DNA of 64,000 nt from Gemmatimonadota bacterium (GTDB lineage Bacteria; Gemmatimonadota; Gemmatimonadetes; Gemmatimonadales; Gemmatimonadaceae). Location: assembly GCA_040389905.1 (NCBI GenBank), contig JAZJZK010000007.1, positions 96,001 through 160,000 on the forward strand, in the 5' to 3' direction. Below, one piece after another: positions 49,292 to 58,071 of this stretch (its first letter is position 1; each line of letters opens with the position of its first letter). The notes under the pieces are model-generated. The model was not told the origin of the DNA and did not search any database. It saw nothing but the letters and a program-made list of their open reading frames with translations. The translations under genes and the position numbers were made by a program.

Positions 49292-50692
49292 CTAGCCGAG
49301 CGTGAGTGCACCGGTGCTGTCGCCAAAGCTCTTCATGTCGTCGAGGCCAAGCGAGTGCATCAACGCGAGCATCGCGTTGGCCATGGGCGTGCCATCCGGT
49401 GCCTTGAGATGCAGGTTGCCCGGAATGCGCCCATTGCCGTGGCCAAGCACGATCAACGGGCAGCGCCGGTGATTGTGCACGTTGGGGTCGCCCATCGGAG
49501 AGCCGTACATGATGACCGTCTTCTCCAGCAGGTTCGTGTCGCCTTCCATCGAGCTCTGAAGCCGTTCGAGGAAATACGGCAGCATGCCGACGTGATACTT
49601 GTTGATCAGGTTGAAATCCATGATTGCCGCTTCGCGGCCGCCGTGGTGTGAAGCGGGATGGAAGCCTTTGTCCGTGCCGCTCTCGGGATACGCTCGGCTC
49701 GATGCATCACGCCCCGTCTTGAACGAGAACACCCGCGTCATGTCCGACTGGAAGGCCAGGACCTGGAAATCGAACATCAACTTCATGTGCTCCGCGAAGG
49801 AATCCGGCACACCGCTCGGCGCCTCCGGAATCTCTCGGCCCTCTCCGCTCCGGTTGCGCGCTTCCACGGCCTGAATGCGCTGCTCCAGCTCGCGAACGTC
49901 CTGGAGATACTTGTCGATGCGATGCTTGTCCTGCGGACCGAGTCCCTTCTTTACGGCCGCGACCTCACCCGTGATCCAGTCGAGGATGCTCTGGTTGGTT
50001 TTCCGCCGAGCGCCGCGATCGGTGTTGTTGTTCCCCGCACCGAAGAGGATGTCAAAGGCAACCCGCGGATTGCGGATCATCGGAAGTGGTTCGGTCGGGC
50101 TCGCCCAGCTGATGGTGTCGGTGTACGCGCAGGCATAGTTGTAATCGCACCCGCCGGCCTGGTCGAGATTCTCGATGCACAGTTGCATCGACGGAATCGC
50201 CGTATCGCCGCCGATGCGCCGCGCAACGATCTGGTCGAGCGACGTGCCGACGAAGAGATCGGAGCCTTGCGTCTGCTTCGGGTGTGACTGCGTGAGAAAC
50301 ACGGCGCTCGACCGGAAGTGATCGCCACCGATTTCCGGCGCGGAAAACGGCTCGGCCATTCGCACGTCGGTGTTACTCACGATCGTGAGATGCTTGCGCC
50401 ACGCGTCGAGCGGCGACAGCGCGTTGATGGGACTCAATTCGAAGTTGCGGCCGACTTCCGCCGGTGCCCACAGGTTCTTGGTCGCGCCCCACGCGTTGGA
50501 TCCAGCCGCGCCGTGCACCGACTCGATTGCCACGAATCGCGTCTTCTCCGCCGCCGCCGTCGCCGCCGCGCCTCGCGCCCCGAGCTTGCCGAGTGCGGGC
50601 ATCATCGCGTCGAGGTAGGGTAGGGCAATCATCGCTCCCGCACTCTTGAGAAAAGTGCGGCGGTGCATCGCCTCTCGCGTCAGGTAATTCAT
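49292..50692 (-). CDS. DUF1552 domain protein (Tat)
   Basis: HRRTFLKSAG...ALPYLDAM; FQSDMTRV; HPASHH. Confidence 0.9.
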   Translation of the reverse strand: MNYLTREAMHRRTFLKSAGAMIALPYLDAMMPALGKLGARGAAATAAAEKTRFVAIESVHGAAGSNAWGATKNLWAPAEVGRNFELSPINALSPLDAWRKHLTIVSNTDVRMAEPFSAPEIGGDHFRSSAVFLTQSHPKQTQGSDLFVGTSLDQIVARRIGGDTAIPSMQLCIENLDQAGGCDYNYACAYTDTISWASPTEPLPMIRNPRVAFDILFGAGNNNTDRGARRKTNQSILDWITGEVAAVKKGLGPQDKHRIDKYLQDVRELEQRIQAVEARNRSGEGREIPEAPSGVPDSFAEHMKLMFDFQVLAFQSDMTRVFSFKTGRDASSRAYPESGTDKGFHPASHHGGREAAIMDFNLINKYHVGMLPYFLERLQSSMEGDTNLLEKTVIMYGSPMGDPNVHNHRRCPLIVLGHGNGRIPGNLHLKAPDGTPMANAMLALMHSLGLDDMKSFGDSTGALTLG

Positions 50693-50790
50693 TGGTTGGT
50701 CCGTTAGCTGTTTGGGTGCACCGGGCAAACTGTCGTCGTTCGCTCAACCTTCATTCCTACCGCCGAGGGCAACGCGTAATCGCAAAAGCC

Positions 50791-50882
50791 TTAACCACAG
50801 AGGACACAGAGGACACAGAGAAAACCAGAGGCCCATCGAGTTGTTCCGCAGTCCTCTGTGTTCTCTGTGTCCCCTGTGGTAA
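50791..50882. repeat. CACAGAGGA palindromic repeat
   Basis: accacagaggacacagagg / cctctgtg..cctgtggt; related copies at ~30375-30402 and 61180-61333. Confidence 0.85.
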
Positions 50883-50900
50883 GTGTTTTTCAGTTCTTTA

Positions 50901-53384
50901 CTACTTGTTGTCATCCATGGTCGCCGCCACTTCATCCGCACGCTTCGACCTGAAGGCCGTACTGTTGATGATCCCCGCAATGAACGCCGACATCTTGTAT
51001 CCACTCGCTTCCGCCTGCCTGGTGATGGCCCGAACCGTCGGCTGATCGTAGTCCTCGATCCGGCGTCCGAGCGCATACGCCATCAGGTTTTCCGTGAACG
51101 TTCGCATCAACGGAATCGGCCGAGACAGCAACGCCCGGCTCAGATCGTTCGGCGTCGCAACGTCGGTCCCGTCGTACATACGGCCGTGCGTGTCCAGCTC
51201 GGTGGTGTTTTCGCGATAGCGCCAGCGGCCCGTCACGTCGAAGTTGTCCAGCGCCAGGCCGATGGGATCCATGTACTGGTGGCACGCATTGCACGTCGGA
51301 TTTTTTCTGTGCTGCTCCATGCGTTGCCGCGTGGTAAGCGGCTTGCCGTCTTTCGCGTCAGAGGTCTCGTCGAGCCCCGGCACGTCTGGCGGCGGTGGTG
51401 GTGGAGGCATGCCGATCAAGACCTGCATGACCCACTTGCCGCGCAGGACTGGCGACGTGCGGTTGGCGAGGGAGGTCTGCACCAGCACGCTGCCCTGGCC
51501 AAGCAGCCCGCGGCGCGTGTTGTCCGGGTACGACACCTTGCGAAACGCCGGGCCCGAGACGTTTGGAATGCGGTAGTGCCGAGCCAGCCGCTCGTTGAGG
51601 AACGTGTAGTCAGCCGTGAAGAGATCCAGCACGCTCCGGTCGTTCTCCACGATGTCAGCGAAGAAGAGCTCCGTCTCCTTCTTCATCGCGTCGCCCAGCT
51701 GCTGGTCGTAGTCCGGAAACCAGAACACGTCCGGCCGGACTTTCTCGATGTCCTGCAATCGCAGCCACTGCGCCGCGAAGCGTGTCGACAACGCGTCGGC
51801 GCGCGGATCTGCGAGCATGCGCTTCACCTGCTTGTCGAGCGTCACCGGGTTCGACAGCTTGCCCGCCTTGGCGAGCGTGAGCAGTTCGTCATCGGGAATG
51901 CTTCCCCAGAGGAAGAACGAGAGCCGCGAGGCGAGGTCAACGTCGCTCACATTGTACATCGCGCCCGGCGCAACAGGCGGTGCCGGCGACTCGAATCGGA
52001 AGACGAAATACGGGCTCGCCAGGATCGCCTGCAGCGCCATGCGAATGCCTTCGTCGAAACCCGCGGTGGCCGCGGTGGTCCGATAGAACCCGATGAGTCC
52101 TTCCTTGTCGCGCGCGGTCAACGGACGGCGATATGCGCGCGTCGCCAGCTGCGTGATGATCTTGTCCGCGCAGGGGGCTTCCTGCGCTTTCGTCTTCGGC
52201 TGGCAGGTGAAGATCATCTTGCGGCTCGGGGTCTCCGGCGCAGCGCCGGCCTTTTCCGGCCCGATGACGCTCACGTCGATGACGTGCGGCGGCGTCGTCG
52301 TCCCGGAACTGGCACTCCCGTGATTCGCCTGCGACCAGAGGTGCGGCTTGATGAGATCTTCGTACGGTCCTTCCGATTTCCGGACAAATGCTGCACTCAC
52401 GCGACGCTGCCCCGCCTTGATCCGGATTGGCTCCGTGCGGTAATAGTCGGCACCGAGAATGTTGTCCGCGGAGTTGACGGAACGTTCAACACCGCGCTCA
52501 TAGTGAAGCAACGCGACGCGCTCGCCATCAACCGAGATATCGATGTCCTCGAGCTTCGTGCCGACCCCGCCCTCGACATTGACGCGCAGCGTGTACATGC
52601 CGTCCGCGGGAAATGCATGCTCGGCGACGACCCCACCACGTGTGCCGTATGGCGCGCCATCGACGTGGTCCCACTCGTGCTGCGACGTGTACGGCGACGC
52701 GGTATACGTCGTCATGAGGTTTGCCGCGCTACGGTCGCCGAGTGCCATTCGGCTGACTGCCGCCGCCGCGTTGAGGTACGACTCGAGGAGCGTCGCCGAC
52801 AGCGACTGGACGTCCGCGATGTTGTCGAAGTTCGCGCTCTTGGTGTCGAGCGGCAGGTAGTCGGCGGCGTTGACGTCCACGCCGATGAGGTCCCGCACGG
52901 CACGTTCGTATTCGGGCCGATTCAGGCGGGGAAACGTGCGCGCTCCGGGCGTTGGGCGCGCCGCCTTGTCGATGATCTCCTCCATCGCGACGGCGAGCGC
53001 CGTCAGCGTGTCACCGAGAGGGCGCGATGCGCCCGGCGGCGGCATCATCTGCGCGCGCAGCTTGCGGATCATCTTCTCAGCGGTCGGCAGGCGCTCCGGC
53101 GTGAACACCGAATCGAGATTGAAGTCCGACAGCGAGAGATTTCCGCTCAGCGTGGCCGGATTGTGGCAGTCTTCGCAGAACCGTCCGACGACGTCGTTGA
53201 GCGCGGCGGTGCGGGCACTCTTCGATACGTTGTGAACTCGCGGAGGCGGGGGCGCTGGAGGGCGGCGCTTGACCGGTTCCCGGGTGCGAGGCGCGTCGCC
53301 TCGAGACACGGCACGCGCGCCAGCATCAGCGGCGACGACCAGCCCAGCCATCATCAGTCCTACCGCGATTCGAACACCCGTCAT
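50901..53384 (-). CDS. DUF1592-family protein with cytochrome c motifs
   Basis: CEDCH and CNACH heme motifs; RLNRPEY, LASRLSFFLW, RTSPVLRGKW. Confidence 0.9.
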   Translation of the reverse strand: MTGVRIAVGLMMAGLVVAADAGARAVSRGDAPRTREPVKRRPPAPPPPRVHNVSKSARTAALNDVVGRFCEDCHNPATLSGNLSLSDFNLDSVFTPERLPTAEKMIRKLRAQMMPPPGASRPLGDTLTALAVAMEEIIDKAARPTPGARTFPRLNRPEYERAVRDLIGVDVNAADYLPLDTKSANFDNIADVQSLSATLLESYLNAAAAVSRMALGDRSAANLMTTYTASPYTSQHEWDHVDGAPYGTRGGVVAEHAFPADGMYTLRVNVEGGVGTKLEDIDISVDGERVALLHYERGVERSVNSADNILGADYYRTEPIRIKAGQRRVSAAFVRKSEGPYEDLIKPHLWSQANHGSASSGTTTPPHVIDVSVIGPEKAGAAPETPSRKMIFTCQPKTKAQEAPCADKIITQLATRAYRRPLTARDKEGLIGFYRTTAATAGFDEGIRMALQAILASPYFVFRFESPAPPVAPGAMYNVSDVDLASRLSFFLWGSIPDDELLTLAKAGKLSNPVTLDKQVKRMLADPRADALSTRFAAQWLRLQDIEKVRPDVFWFPDYDQQLGDAMKKETELFFADIVENDRSVLDLFTADYTFLNERLARHYRIPNVSGPAFRKVSYPDNTRRGLLGQGSVLVQTSLANRTSPVLRGKWVMQVLIGMPPPPPPPDVPGLDETSDAKDGKPLTTRQRMEQHRKNPTCNACHQYMDPIGLALDNFDVTGRWRYRENTTELDTHGRMYDGTDVATPNDLSRALLSRPIPLMRTFTENLMAYALGRRIEDYDQPTVRAITRQAEASGYKMSAFIAGIINSTAFRSKRADEVAATMDDNK

Positions 53385-53709
53385 GAATGGTGCTTCTCCC
53401 TTCGGCTGGTTCCTGATCGCGCATCCCCTGTCATCGGGTCGCGTGTCCGCCAAATCTTTTGGCGGTTGAAGCGGCAAAATCCCCACCACGTACCCCGTCA
53501 TGCACGAAGCAGGGGGCAAAGTGGGCCGGCATCGGCATCAAGGTACAGTCTTTTGCTCTCTCAAGCCATGCCAAACGTTTCCATCCCTTGCCGCCTTTTG
53601 TTTTCGCGGGCATCCTACCGCGCGGCCGTTTGGCTTTCACCCCGTCACCACGCTACCGATGCGTCGTACGACATCGATCTTTTACTACGGCTCCACCCGC
53701 AAGAGAGTT

Positions 53710-54771
53710 GTGAACCGAATTTTGGCGGCAGGGATCGCCATGATCGCGGCGTCCCCAACCATCGTTTCGGCGCAGGGGCGGTGCGGCGGTGAGCGCGCCG
53801 GTACGCCCGCGTGCGACACGACGCCGGCGAAGCTCCCATTCGCGCCGACCGGGTGGAAAACCGTGGCGCTCGACCACTTCTCCATTCAGGCGACCGACTA
53901 CAAGCGCGAGGCGGCCTACTACGCGACGCTCATGAACTGGAAGGTTCGGAGCGATGACGGAACGAAGGCCGTTCTCGACATCGGCGACGTTGGCAGCGTC
54001 GAGATTCGCGGCGGATTCGTGTCGCCTCCGCCACCGCCCGCGCGCGCCGCAACGGATACTGCCGCGGGCCGTGGACGCGGCGGCGGCGGGGCGCGCGCCC
54101 CGCGGCGCAACGCGTGGGACAACTTCTGTTGGGTGATCGCGCCGTGGGATACGAAGACCGTGGAGGCGGAGCTGCGGAAGCGCGGCCTCAACCCAGTGGC
54201 GGATCATGACGGAAAGTTCGAGAGCTTTCACGTGAAGGATCCGGACGGATTCGATGTGCAGATCAGCAACGGAGCGCACGTCGCAATGCGCAAGTCCGCT
54301 CCTGCCAACGCAGCCCTCCCGGCTCCGGCTCCGTTCGCGCCGACCGACTGGAAGACCATCTGGCTCGATCACATCTCCTTTGAAGTGACAAACTACAAGG
54401 AGAGCACGGCGTTCTACGTCGCGCTCCTCGGCTGGACGCCGACGGGGGACGAGGGCAGCCAGAACGAGGTCGAAATCGGTGACTTGGGCAACGTCATCAT
54501 TCGCGGTGGCAACCCCGCCACCTTCGCGGGCGGCGTGACACCGCCTCGGCGCGTTTCGATCGGCCACGTGTCCTTCGGGTTCACGCCCTGGGATACGGAC
54601 AAAGTGAAGGCCGAGCTCGACAAGCGTGGACTCACCGGCCGAGCCGATACGGGTGGCAAGGGCGACATTCACGACGAAGCCGCGAAGTACAAGAGCTATC
54701 ACACGACGACTCCTGATGGATTCGATCTCCAGATCAGTAACGCCACCAGGGCGAACCGCACGGTTCGTTGA
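53710..54771 (+). CDS. Secreted tandem VOC/glyoxalase-fold protein
   Basis: Two LDH(F/I)S...PDGFD(V/L)QISN repeats; start uncertain. Confidence 0.8.
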   Translation: MNRILAAGIAMIAASPTIVSAQGRCGGERAGTPACDTTPAKLPFAPTGWKTVALDHFSIQATDYKREAAYYATLMNWKVRSDDGTKAVLDIGDVGSVEIRGGFVSPPPPPARAATDTAAGRGRGGGGARAPRRNAWDNFCWVIAPWDTKTVEAELRKRGLNPVADHDGKFESFHVKDPDGFDVQISNGAHVAMRKSAPANAALPAPAPFAPTDWKTIWLDHISFEVTNYKESTAFYVALLGWTPTGDEGSQNEVEIGDLGNVIIRGGNPATFAGGVTPPRRVSIGHVSFGFTPWDTDKVKAELDKRGLTGRADTGGKGDIHDEAAKYKSYHTTTPDGFDLQISNATRANRTVR

Positions 54772-54785
54772 CTCGAGGACTACCA

Positions 54786-55634
54786 ATGAATCGCCTCCTG
54801 ACCTCCATCTCAGTCCTCGCGCTACCCGCCGCGATGGCCTGTGCGCACGCTCCGGTCCGAAGCGCACCGAGCTCGGCTGAACCACTCGTCGAGTTCGAGA
54901 TGATGACGTGGCCAGAGGTCAAGCAGGCCTTTGCCGACGGCAAGACAACGGCCCTTGTCTACACTGGCGGCACCGAGCAGCGAGGACCGCAGAACGTGAA
55001 TGGCGGTCACACGCTGATGGGTCGCGCCACCGTGAAGGCGATCGCGCAACAACTCGGTAATGCGCTAGCCCTACCCGTGCTGCCGTACACGCCGAACAAC
55101 GCGAGCGCGACGCTGCCGGGTACGATTGGCCTCACCCCCGAACTCCTCGGGATGTTGCTCGAACGCATCGCGGAGCAGGCCATTGTGACCGGCTTCAAGA
55201 ACGTGGTGCTGATGGGCGACCACGGCGGAGGCCAACCGAATACCTATCGCGACGTCGCGAAGAAGCTCGATGACAGGTATGCCCCGAAGGGCATTCACGT
55301 CTACTACTGCGACGACACCTACATCAAGCAAGCGGCCGACTTCGACAAATGGTTGGCGGATAATGGCTATCCCGCGAGCTCACATGCGGGCATTCCCGAT
55401 ACGTCGGAAATGATGTACCTGAGCGACGGCACGTGGGTGCGTCTCGACATCGTGAAGGACGCAGTCGGGGATTTGGTGTTGCCGCGTGGAGCGACACGTG
55501 ATGCGAACGCTCCCCGGGTGAATAACGGCATCACCGGTGACGCGCGCCGGTCAAGTGCGGAGATTGGGCAGAAGGTGTTCGATTTGAAGGTGGAGTATGC
55601 GGTGAAGCAGATCAGAGGCTTCATACCGCGATGA
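54786..55634 (+). CDS. Creatininase-family protein with a signal peptide/lipobox
   Basis: MTWPEV, GGTEQRGP, GDHGG, HAGIPDTS. Confidence 0.85.
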   Translation: MNRLLTSISVLALPAAMACAHAPVRSAPSSAEPLVEFEMMTWPEVKQAFADGKTTALVYTGGTEQRGPQNVNGGHTLMGRATVKAIAQQLGNALALPVLPYTPNNASATLPGTIGLTPELLGMLLERIAEQAIVTGFKNVVLMGDHGGGQPNTYRDVAKKLDDRYAPKGIHVYYCDDTYIKQAADFDKWLADNGYPASSHAGIPDTSEMMYLSDGTWVRLDIVKDAVGDLVLPRGATRDANAPRVNNGITGDARRSSAEIGQKVFDLKVEYAVKQIRGFIPR

Positions 55635-55682
55635 GCCTCACCAGCATTTGGACTTCGGCGGCGATCACACAGGCGGCGCCAT

Positions 55683-55880
55683 CTTACCGCGGAGGGCGCA
55701 GAGGAGCAGAGGAACGCAGAGGAAAAGCGAGGAGCAGGCCCTTCGCTTCGCTCAGGGCGACAAAACGGACCTTCGAACGTTATTATCACCCCGAGCGAGC
55801 GCAGCGAGTCGAGGGGGTCTGCACCCTCTGTGGTCCGCAGTCCTCTGCGCTCCTCTGCTCCTCCGCGTCCTCTGCGGTAG
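55683..55880. repeat. Composite palindromic repeat with two nested REP-like halves
   Basis: accgcggagggcgcagaggagcagagg ... cctctgctcctccgcgtcctctgcggt. Confidence 0.85.
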
Positions 55881-55885
55881 AATGA

Positions 55886-56809
55886 CTACGACACTTTGGT
55901 CAACCACGATGCATACGCGGGGAGCCTCCCGTGTACGGCATCGAAGAAGACGCCCTGCAATTGTCGCGTAACCGCGCCGGGCTCCCCAGAGCCGATAACC
56001 CGCCCATCCACTTCCTTGATCGGTGTGATCTCCACCGCGGTCCCGGAGAAGAACAGTTCATCCGCCATCTCGACATCCATCAACGAAAGAGGCCGCAGGA
56101 CCACGGAGAGGCCAAGATCGCGGGCAATTTCGATGACGGCGTCGCGAGTGATCCCAGCCACGATCGACGCATTGACGTCGTTCGTGATGACCGCGCCGTT
56201 CTTTACGATGAAGAGGTTCGCGCCCGATCCTTCGGCGACGTCGCCCTGGGTGTTGCACATGAGCGCGTCGTCGTAGCCGCGACGAATCGCCTCCTGCACG
56301 GCGCGCACGGAATTGGTGTAGTGCCCGCACGCTTTCACGAAGGGCGGCAACGTCGACGAATCGATCCGTTTCACCGTGGACACCGTGACGCGTGCTCCGT
56401 GATCCGGTCCGCCCTGGATGTACTGCCTGCCCGGCACGGCGATAATCGCAACCGTCACGGGACAGTCCTTCGGCCACACGCTGAAGGAATACGAGTCGAA
56501 GACGGCGATCGGCCGCAGATACGCGTTCTCGAGCTTGTTCGCGCGCACGACATCGCACGCCGCGGCGCAGAGCGCGTCGAATGAGTAGCCCAGGTCGATT
56601 TCATAGAACGATGCGGACGCGGCAAGGCGCCGCATGTGCGCGTCGAGACGAAAAATCGCCGGGCCGTCGGCGGTGTCGTAGGAGCGAATACCCTCGAAGA
56701 CACCCGTTCCGTAGTGCAGGCCGTGCGCGGTGATGTGGATCTGCGCTGAATCCCACGGAACCAGCGCGCCGTTCATCCAGATGACATCCGCCTTCGTGAA
56801 TCCCGCCAT
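55886..56809 (-). CDS. ilvE: Branched-chain amino acid aminotransferase
   Basis: HGLHYGTGVFEGIR, KACGHY, EGSGANLF, GITR, SGTAVE. Confidence 0.9.
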   Translation of the reverse strand: MAGFTKADVIWMNGALVPWDSAQIHITAHGLHYGTGVFEGIRSYDTADGPAIFRLDAHMRRLAASASFYEIDLGYSFDALCAAACDVVRANKLENAYLRPIAVFDSYSFSVWPKDCPVTVAIIAVPGRQYIQGGPDHGARVTVSTVKRIDSSTLPPFVKACGHYTNSVRAVQEAIRRGYDDALMCNTQGDVAEGSGANLFIVKNGAVITNDVNASIVAGITRDAVIEIARDLGLSVVLRPLSLMDVEMADELFFSGTAVEITPIKEVDGRVIGSGEPGAVTRQLQGVFFDAVHGRLPAYASWLTKVS

Positions 56810-56990
56810 TCCGTCTCCTCGCGTGTAGTCGAACCGGCCGAATAATCCGCCGTGAAAATGCCGAGACGTTCCCGTCGCGGCAATACGCGGTGGCGATCTG
56901 TTGAAGCGCGAAGGTGACGGCGGATACCCATCGTGGGTAATTCACGGCAGAGAACCGATCGAGATGGCATCACCACCACACTCAAGGGCC

Positions 56991-57554
56991 ATGTCCTTTC
57001 GCGCCACCTGCATTCGAGCGATGTGTTTTGTGGTCGTCGGCCTCACGGCCTTCACGCGCACGGCAAGCGGGCAGTCAACGCCCCTCGACGCGCGCGTCGA
57101 AGCGGACCTCGACAGGCTTCGCTCGGCGACGCGCGCCTTCCAGACGCTCGATTCCGCCGTGGCCGCCGGCTATCCGCGCGAGGTGGCCGATTGTCTCGTC
57201 CATGAGCATCACGGCGCCATGGGGTACCACCACGTGAATCGCACCTATCTCGCGCCGACGCTCGACATCACGCGCCCGCAGATTCTGCTGTACGAGCGCA
57301 AGCCGGATGGCGCGTACAAGCTCAACGGTGTCGAGTTCATCATCCCGTACCGCCTCTACCCCCGGGATTCCATCGCGCCGGTCTTTCTTGGCAGGACGCT
57401 CGCGCGCGAAGACAACCTCAACATCTGGTACTTGCACGTCTGGGCCTGGACCACCAACGCCGACGGCATATTCGCTAACTTCAATCCGGCCGTCTCATGT
57501 CCTGGTGCGAGCAAGGTGTACAAGCCGTTCACGCGAGACGCGGGCTCCTTCTGA
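56991..57554 (+). CDS. Secreted hypothetical protein
   Basis: GAMGYHHVN, PQILLYE, GVEF, LHVWAW...GIFANFNP. Confidence 0.8.
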   Translation: MSFRATCIRAMCFVVVGLTAFTRTASGQSTPLDARVEADLDRLRSATRAFQTLDSAVAAGYPREVADCLVHEHHGAMGYHHVNRTYLAPTLDITRPQILLYERKPDGAYKLNGVEFIIPYRLYPRDSIAPVFLGRTLAREDNLNIWYLHVWAWTTNADGIFANFNPAVSCPGASKVYKPFTRDAGSF

Positions 57555-57576
57555 TCACTCGAAACCCCTGGTCCGT

Positions 57577-58071
57577 ATGCGCTACATCATGAAGCAGAAG
57601 CTGTTCTCATGGGGCGACGATTTCTTCATCAAGGATGAGAACGAGCGCGACGTCTACTTCGTGGACGGCAAGGCATTCAGCTTTGGGGACCAACTGTCAC
57701 TCCAGGACCTGAATGGCAATGAGTTGGCGTTCATCAAGCAGCGCGTGCTCGCGTGGGGCAAGACGTACGAGATCTTTCGAGACGGTTCGCTGGCGGCAGT
57801 GGTGAAGAAGGAACTGTTCGCCTTCTTCCACCATCGTTTCACCGTCGACGTTCCTGGCCCGGACGACCTCGAGGCCGAGGGCGATTTCATGGATCACGAG
57901 TACGCATTCCGCCGAGGCGACCGTGTCGTCGCAACCGTATCGAAGAAGTGGTTCAGTTGGACGGACACCTACGGCATCGATATCGCCGACGGCGAGGATG
58001 ACGTACTCATCCTCGCCAGCGCCGTCGTCGTCGACCAGGCCTGCCATCCCGACGACGGGAAACGCCATTAG
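57577..58071 (+). CDS. LURP-one/Tubby-C family protein
   Basis: MKQKLFSWGDDF, VSKKWFSWTDTYGIDI. Confidence 0.9.
   Translation: MRYIMKQKLFSWGDDFFIKDENERDVYFVDGKAFSFGDQLSLQDLNGNELAFIKQRVLAWGKTYEIFRDGSLAAVVKKELFAFFHHRFTVDVPGPDDLEAEGDFMDHEYAFRRGDRVVATVSKKWFSWTDTYGIDIADGEDDVLILASAVVVDQACHPDDGKRH

Noticed and set aside
50883..53792. 969-aa + strand ORF and similar long antisense ORFs elsewhere
   Set aside because: Antisense shadows of well-supported genes, typical of high-GC DNA.
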